From the NCBI GenBank assembly GCA_050049995.1, contig JASFVE010000064.1:1-11627 (forward strand): a stretch of DNA of 11,627 nt, written 5' to 3'. Origin of the DNA: Chlamydiota bacterium (GTDB taxonomy: Bacteria; Chlamydiota; Chlamydiia; Chlamydiales; SM23-39). The notes under the pieces are model-generated. The model was not told where the DNA came from, made no database searches, and saw only the letters and a program-made list of their open reading frames with translations. Shown one piece after another: positions 6,406-11,627 of this stretch. The translations under genes were made by a program, and so were the position numbers. Within the stretch, counting starts at the first letter, position 1. Each line of letters begins with the position of its first letter.

Positions 6406-8580
6406 TTATTTTCGATCGAAATAATTTTGTATTTCTTGAATAGAAAAGTTTTCATTTTGAAATGAAAATGACTCCCCTACTTTTTTTCCTATCATTTCTT
6501 TTGCAAGTTTTGATTGAAAGGATAGGATGTGTTTTTCTGGATTAGCATCCCATGGTCCTAAGATCGTAAAACTTGTTACATTAGAATTGGAGTCGGAGCA
6601 TTTAACAATAGTTCCTACATTTACTTCTTTAGTAGAAACATCAGAGGGAGCTAGCACTCTAGCTTTGTTGAGCTGAGAAGATAAAAGTTTTAGCTCAGAC
6701 TGCAATCTATCTCTTTTTTCTAATGCAGCTTTATACTCAGCATTTTCTCTTAAGTCTCCATGAGATTTTGCCTCTTCGATTTCTTTGGCATTTTCAAGGG
6801 TTTCAACAGTTGCAATTTCAGAAACTCTTTTTTGAACTTTCTGCAAGCCTTCTTGAGTTGTCCAAATAATGTCTTCTTGTTCTTCATCAATATCTTTGCT
6901 TTTTCTTAAAGAAGATAGAGACGGGTGAACCACTTCAGCTAAAGATTGGATGATTTTTTTGTCATGGTCAGTTAAAAACTCACATTTCGTTGAAAGCAGG
7001 ATGTATTCTTTAACTTGCTCGATAGAAGAAATCCCCATAACATCTCTTACTATTTCATAACGGTTTGCAGTAATGATATTGACAATTTTTTTACCTAGGT
7101 CTCTTAAGTTAGGACGATCATTAGTAAAGCTTAATAAGATGAGAAAATGCTCAAATAGTTTGGCTTTGCCGTCATTATCTGAAAGTGGTAATTTAGCTTT
7201 TCCTTTTTTTGTGAAAATTTTCTGAAAGTACCAGAGAAATGTTTCAGGAAAGGCTATTGGATGATTGAGTAACTCTTCTATTTTACTCTTCAAATATTCT
7301 TGTTCTTTAATTTTAGCTAATTCATTTAGTAGGTAATCTCTAAGCAAATTTTGTTCGACATGAAGTAAAAGATCTGAAAAAATTTCCTTCCAGTTTTCTT
7401 TTATTTCTTTAATAGAAGTTAGCAGTCTTTTCTTAAATGAAATAACATCAATTTCATCAATCAAGTTTTTATACTTTGAAGTAGTATCAACAATTTCAGT
7501 AAGTTCTTTGCTTTCTTTTGTGTGATCTAAGTCAATTAAAAAATAATAAAGCTGTATTTTTTGAGCTGTCGTCAGATCTTCATTTTGTAAAACATCTTTT
7601 ACTCTTGCTTCTAAAGATGTTTTGAACTCAGCATTTTTGAGAGTTTCAGGAAAGTCTCTTAAAAAAGAGTAAACCATTACAATAGTTTCCTGTATGGTTG
7701 GTTTTTTTTCTAATGACTTTTGAAATGCTTCTTCATGGGAAATAGCTTTTTCTCTCAAGGCAAATGGATCTTTAGTGCTTGAAGGAGTGGTGATTTTAGT
7801 ATCTTTTTTGATTTTAGCTCGGCAAGCCTGCCACCATCTATTCCAATCCTTTGCGGGAATAACAAGGTCGAAGAGCTCTTCTTTCATTTCTGCAGCAGTT
7901 AAAGGACCTAAGTCCCTCAATAAAATGCGTATTACTTCTGAAGGGTCTTCTTTAGCTAATTTTTCAAGCTTGTCTGGGTTTCCAAATCGTCTTGAAAGGA
8001 AGTGATCATCGGACAATGGGTATAAGGTGTGAAAAGCATTAGAAAAAGAAAGGCTTTTAGTTCCCAAAACAAGGTCGCACTCCAGTGAAATTTCTTCTCT
8101 GACCATAGAAACGTCCATTATTTCACATGTACCCCACCCCCCTGTATGGAAAACATATTTTCCAGGTGCCATATGAGTTAGAAGTTCAAACTTACTTATG
8201 GCTCCTTCAAAATTTTCTGAACCTCTGAGGCCAATAAGTTTGAGTTTTTCGCTAAATAATGGATCATTTGGGTAGTTTTGCTCTAAATACTGGTGAGCTA
8301 TTTCGGATAAAGTGCTTGAGTTAGTTTTTTGTATGTCAAAAATTAATCTTAAAGCTTTTCTAGAAATTTCTTTATCTTCTATAAGTTTCCAAAGTGTGAG
8401 GCCCTTTTCAATATGCTGGCCAAAAGCACCACTGATAGGAGAATTTTTTACTGACTCTAGAATTTTAATAAACTCATCTCCATCAGGTTCATCACTATAA
8501 CAGTATTCTTCCCACAGCTTTAAGAACCCGGGATAATCATTTTTATTTATTCTTTCTTGAAAATCTTTTAAGTACGCCAT
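6406..8580 (-). CDS. greA: Long-form transcription elongation factor GreA (large N-terminal extension plus C-terminal GreA domain)
   Basis: The C-terminal ~150 aa is canonical GreA: TQEGLQK, AKSHGDLRENAEYKAA, VNVGTIV, FTILGPWDANP, ILSFQSKLAKEMIGKKVGE. I prefer the ATG at 8580 (MAYLKDFQ..., 724 aa) over the track's TTG at 8598, since it fits the chlamydial GreA N-terminus (..FLxLWEEYC..) as I recall it. Confidence 0.93.
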   Translation of the reverse strand: MAYLKDFQERINKNDYPGFLKLWEEYCYSDEPDGDEFIKILESVKNSPISGAFGQHIEKGLTLWKLIEDKEISRKALRLIFDIQKTNSSTLSEIAHQYLEQNYPNDPLFSEKLKLIGLRGSENFEGAISKFELLTHMAPGKYVFHTGGWGTCEIMDVSMVREEISLECDLVLGTKSLSFSNAFHTLYPLSDDHFLSRRFGNPDKLEKLAKEDPSEVIRILLRDLGPLTAAEMKEELFDLVIPAKDWNRWWQACRAKIKKDTKITTPSSTKDPFALREKAISHEEAFQKSLEKKPTIQETIVMVYSFLRDFPETLKNAEFKTSLEARVKDVLQNEDLTTAQKIQLYYFLIDLDHTKESKELTEIVDTTSKYKNLIDEIDVISFKKRLLTSIKEIKENWKEIFSDLLLHVEQNLLRDYLLNELAKIKEQEYLKSKIEELLNHPIAFPETFLWYFQKIFTKKGKAKLPLSDNDGKAKLFEHFLILLSFTNDRPNLRDLGKKIVNIITANRYEIVRDVMGISSIEQVKEYILLSTKCEFLTDHDKKIIQSLAEVVHPSLSSLRKSKDIDEEQEDIIWTTQEGLQKVQKRVSEIATVETLENAKEIEEAKSHGDLRENAEYKAALEKRDRLQSELKLLSSQLNKARVLAPSDVSTKEVNVGTIVKCSDSNSNVTSFTILGPWDANPEKHILSFQSKLAKEMIGKKVGESFSFQNENFSIQEIQNYFDRK

Positions 8581-8627
8581 AATCAAAACTAGATCCAACC
8601 CTTTAATTTTTTTTCTTTTTACCGGGG

Positions 8628-8656
8628 AGTATAAAAAGCATTGAGATAATCTTCAA
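8628..8656 (-). promoter_or_regulatory. Sigma66/sigma70-type promoter for greA-rdgB-NYN
   Basis: Minus strand TTGAAG (8656-8651), 17 nt, TATACT (8633-8628). Near-consensus, ending about 47 nt upstream of the greA ATG. Confidence 0.62.
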
Positions 8657-8666
8657 TTAAGATTAT
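8646..8666. promoter_or_regulatory. Inverted repeat, candidate operator
   Basis: ATAATCTT-caatt-AAGATTAT: perfect 8-bp arms with a 5-nt spacer, overlapping the greA -35. Confidence 0.35.
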
Positions 8667-8717
8667 TTTGAAAAAATTTCTAGGAAAGTTTATTTTCCCC
8701 TAATTTATCTCTTTTTC

Positions 8718-8746
8718 TTGAAAATAATTTTTTTAATTTTTAAATT
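8718..8746 (+). promoter_or_regulatory. Candidate sigma66/sigma70 promoter for nqrA
   Basis: TTGAAA (8718-8723), 17 nt, TAAATT (8741-8746), followed by AAAGGT and the ATG at 8771. Confidence 0.45.
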
Positions 8747-8770
8747 TCCGACAAAGGTAAAGTACCGCAA

Positions 8771-10129
8771 ATGACTCATTTAAAGATAAAAAAAGGACTT
8801 GACGTTCCGATAGAAAACCCGCCTAAAGGAATTGTTAGAGAGTTAGATTCACCAGATCTTATAGGGTTAGACCTTTCCCCTTTTTCCCGCGTAAGAGCCA
8901 GGTTATTAAAAAAAGAGGGAGAAGAAGTACTAACGGGTGAGCCTATTTTAGAAGACAAAGCAGTTCATGGAAAAGCTTTTATCTCACCTTGCTCAGGAAA
9001 AATTCGTGAAATTGTTAGAGGAGATAAACGAGTTGTAGAAACAATAATTTTTGAAAGGTCTGAGGATAAATTTTTTGAATTCGCTAAACTTTCTATTGAT
9101 TCTTTAAGTAAAGAAGATCTTGTAAAAGAACTTCAATCTCAGGGCATTCTAAATCATATTCGTTCAAGACCTTTTGAAAGAGGAGTAAATATAAAAAAAA
9201 TGCCTAAAAGCATTTTTGTAAAAGCGTTGGAGTCTGCTCCTTTTGTTCCAAGTTCCGAAATGCAGGTAAAGGGATATGAAAAAGAGTTTCAGGCAGGTCT
9301 TGATGCTTTAGCAAAAATCGCTGACGGAAAAGTTCATTTGGTTTTTCATACAAATACTGATTGTAAGGCTTTTATCAATGCTAAAAATGTGGAGAAACAT
9401 CCAGCAAGTGGCCCTCATCCTATAGCTAATCAGTCTCTGCATATTTATGCAATTGATCCTATTGTCTCTACTCATGAAACTATATGGACGTTAACAGCTT
9501 TGGATGTAATCATTTTAGGAGCCCGAATAGAATCTAATAAATACCATACTAACAGAATTGTTTCTTTAGCAGGACCTTGTGTAAAGTCAGAAAAATGTGG
9601 TTTTTACAAAACCCGAATGGGTATTTCTTTTGCTCACTTAGTAAATGAAGAGCTTAATGAGGAAAGTGAAAGAGTTGTTTCGGGAGATCCCCTTACAGGT
9701 TCAGAAATTGATAGGAATGGCTACCTTGGTTTTTTTCATACTGCGTTTAGCGTATTTAAGAAAGCTCAAGAAAGAGAACCCTTTCATTTTTTTAGACCTG
9801 GGTTAAAAAAATATACAGCCTCGAAAACCTACTTGTCAGGTTTTTTTAAAAAGAATAAACCTTATCCTTTTACAACTAATCAGCATGGCGAACATAGACC
9901 CTTTGTTGAGGGCAATATTTATCAAAGATATATGCCGATGAGAATCCCTGTTATGCAGCTTTTAAAAGCATTGATTGCTGAAGATTATGATACAGCAGTT
10001 GAGCTTGGTTTATTGGAAGTTGTTCCCGAGGATTTTGCTATTTCTGCATTTGTGTGTCCCAGTAAAGTAGAGATGATAAAAATTGTTAGAAATGCTTTAA
10101 AAAAATATTCGGAAGAATCAGGACTATAA
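8771..10129 (+). CDS. nqrA: Na(+)-translocating NADH:quinone reductase subunit A
   Basis: 452 aa with KIKKGLDVPI, EGEEVLTGEPILEDK, SPCSGKIREIVRGDKRV, IRSRPF, GPHP, RVVSGDPLTG, LGLLEVVPEDFA and FVCPSK. Confidence 0.95.
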   Translation: MTHLKIKKGLDVPIENPPKGIVRELDSPDLIGLDLSPFSRVRARLLKKEGEEVLTGEPILEDKAVHGKAFISPCSGKIREIVRGDKRVVETIIFERSEDKFFEFAKLSIDSLSKEDLVKELQSQGILNHIRSRPFERGVNIKKMPKSIFVKALESAPFVPSSEMQVKGYEKEFQAGLDALAKIADGKVHLVFHTNTDCKAFINAKNVEKHPASGPHPIANQSLHIYAIDPIVSTHETIWTLTALDVIILGARIESNKYHTNRIVSLAGPCVKSEKCGFYKTRMGISFAHLVNEELNEESERVVSGDPLTGSEIDRNGYLGFFHTAFSVFKKAQEREPFHFFRPGLKKYTASKTYLSGFFKKNKPYPFTTNQHGEHRPFVEGNIYQRYMPMRIPVMQLLKALIAEDYDTAVELGLLEVVPEDFAISAFVCPSKVEMIKIVRNALKKYSEESGL

Positions 10130-10169
10130 GTACACTCTCATAATTACGATTTAATAATCGCTAAGATTT

Positions 10170-11627
10170 ATGAGAGTTGGATTTTTAGCTTTTTCTATTT
10201 TTTTACTATCTTTTTCCTTATTTGCTGAAGAGGATTTTGATTTAGAGTTGCCCTCTCAAGTACCAAATCTTTTTGACGATTTAAATACTGTAGCTAAAGT
10301 CAATCGAGAGATTAATGATGAGCTACCCTTTCTTTTTAACTATCAGCTGCAAGGTGGGTACTTTGCTATGCCCTCTGCTAGGATGGCGAAAGCTGGAACC
10401 TTTGGATTTCAATATTCTTATGAAAACCCTTACCAACTATATAATCTACTTTTTCAGCTTTTTGATCACTTAGAGCTAACAGGAAATTATTGGCTTTACA
10501 CTGGGATTCAAGATGTAACATTAGGTGAAAAATTTGGGACATTCACTGACCGGGCAGCGAATGTAAAGCTGGCTTTACTTCAAAAGCAAGATGGTCTTCC
10601 TGAGCTCCCAGAGTTTGCTATTGGAGTAAATGACTTTATTGGAACGATGCGTTTTACCTCATGGTATGTAGTAGCTACGCAGACGTTTTTAAAGTATAAT
10701 TTAGAACTTTCGTTAGGTTGGGGAAATGATAGAATAAAAGGTTTTTTTGGAGCCCTGGCATATACTCCCTTTAGAAAGTCTAAAATACCCTTTTTGAAAG
10801 ATTTAACTTTTGCTGTTGAATATGATGCCAATGATTACAAAAACCACAGAGAAGAACACCCAAGTGCAAGGCAAGTAAAAAGCCCGATTAATGTCGGCGT
10901 GCATTACAAATTTTTAGACTTTTTTCATTTGACAGCTAGTACCATTCGTGGAGTCGATTTTGCAGGTTCGGCAGCGTTTACTTACAACATCGGAGAAACT
11001 AAAGGTCTTTTTCCTAAAATTTATGACCCTACTCCCTATGTAGCTCCTATTGATAATGAGCCTATTGGTATATTGAGAACAAAAAAAGAGTTGGGACAAG
11101 AACTTGCTTATGCGTTTCAAGAGCAAGGTTTTGAAACATATACCATCATTCAAACAGTCAATGCTGATCAAAAAGATATTCTTTGGATAAAACTGATTAA
11201 TGTTCGCTACAGAATTGAAGATGAAGTTAGGAATCGCATTTTACATGTCCTTTCTTCATTAATTCCCGATAATATTTTTGAAGCACTGGTAGTAGTCGAA
11301 GCTGATGGAGTACCGGTTCATCAATATCGGTTTAGAACTCCTGAGTTAATGAGGTTTCAAAAAGGACTTATTGGTGAGAAAGAATTTCAAGTAGTCGCAC
11401 CACTTCAAGAGGCTAGCAGTAAACCTTCCATTTACGATGGAGCTGTTTTATATCGACGAAAAAAAAGTATTTGGATGCTAACTTTTAGACCTCAATTTCG
11501 ATCCTACTGGGGTTCTGCTAGTGGTAAATTTAAGTATGACGTTGGGTTTATTTCAGGCCCACAAGGGTACCTGTTTGATCAAATATATTACGACTTGCAG
11601 TTAAGCTATATTATTAGTTCTAGTGCG
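10170..11627 (+). CDS. YjbH/GfcD-family outer-membrane beta-barrel protein (5' part; runs off the right edge)
   Basis: Manual translation from ATG at 10170 is open for 486 codons to the edge. It has a signal peptide (MRVGFLAFSIFLLSFSLFA/EE) and YjbH-type motifs: GGYFAMPSARM, PYQLYNLLFQLFDHLELTGNY, DRAANVKL, LPEFAIGVNDFIGT, YVVATQ, LSLGWG, GFFGALAYTP, AVEYDANDY. Not in the ORF track because it is truncated. Confidence 0.85.
   Translation, partial: MRVGFLAFSIFLLSFSLFAEEDFDLELPSQVPNLFDDLNTVAKVNREINDELPFLFNYQLQGGYFAMPSARMAKAGTFGFQYSYENPYQLYNLLFQLFDHLELTGNYWLYTGIQDVTLGEKFGTFTDRAANVKLALLQKQDGLPELPEFAIGVNDFIGTMRFTSWYVVATQTFLKYNLELSLGWGNDRIKGFFGALAYTPFRKSKIPFLKDLTFAVEYDANDYKNHREEHPSARQVKSPINVGVHYKFLDFFHLTASTIRGVDFAGSAAFTYNIGETKGLFPKIYDPTPYVAPIDNEPIGILRTKKELGQELAYAFQEQGFETYTIIQTVNADQKDILWIKLINVRYRIEDEVRNRILHVLSSLIPDNIFEALVVVEADGVPVHQYRFRTPELMRFQKGLIGEKEFQVVAPLQEASSKPSIYDGAVLYRRKKSIWMLTFRPQFRSYWGSASGKFKYDVGFISGPQGYLFDQIYYDLQLSYIISSSA

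Noticed and set aside
8581..8598. TTG start of greA at 8598
   Set aside because: The purine-rich AAAGGG abuts the TTG with no spacing. The ATG at 8580 fits the expected family N-terminus better.
7775..8958. Short ORFs 7775-8005, 8312-8500 and 8776-8958
   Set aside because: They are antisense to greA or nqrA, with the Ser/Phe-rich composition typical of shadow frames.
10147..10160. Hairpin CGATT-taat-AATCG after nqrA as a terminator
   Set aside because: It has only a weak 5-bp stem and no adjacent U-tract.
10580..11171. Minus-strand ORFs 10580-10831 and 10914-11171
   Set aside because: They are antisense to the long YjbH-family frame, which explains the region.
1..11627. CRISPR array, tRNA/rRNA, IS element or prophage
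   Set aside because: I saw no regularly spaced repeats, no intergenic gap over about 190 nt, and no transposase, integrase or phage motifs.

Overview
AT-rich, densely coding chromosomal segment that looks like Chlamydiota, probably an environmental lineage. This rests on a ~724-aa N-terminally extended GreA, an nqrA separated from nqrB-F, and a ygfA / MORN lipoprotein / two hypotheticals / yggT / dusB gene order that, from memory, matches Chlamydia. There are four transcription units. (1) Minus strand: GspL/PilMN-like (3624-2167), GspM/PilO-like (2163-1567), MORN-repeat lipoprotein (1570-302) and a 5-formyl-THF cyclo-ligase (305 to the left edge, missing from the ORF track). (2) Plus strand: yggT-dusB-acyP. 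(3) Minus strand: greA-rdgB-NYN/Rae1-like RNase, ending head-on against acyP with no gap. (4) Plus strand: nqrA and a YjbH/GfcD-family outer-membrane protein (10170 to the right edge, missing from the ORF track). I saw no RNA genes, CRISPR arrays or mobile elements. The best candidate for an unrecognised system is the two hypotheticals. They read as a degenerate actin-like GspL (PilM-PilN fusion) plus GspM/PilO pair, i.e. a displaced type II secretion/pilus assembly platform, translationally coupled to a MORN-repeat lipoprotein. All family calls come from reading motifs by eye; no searches were run.
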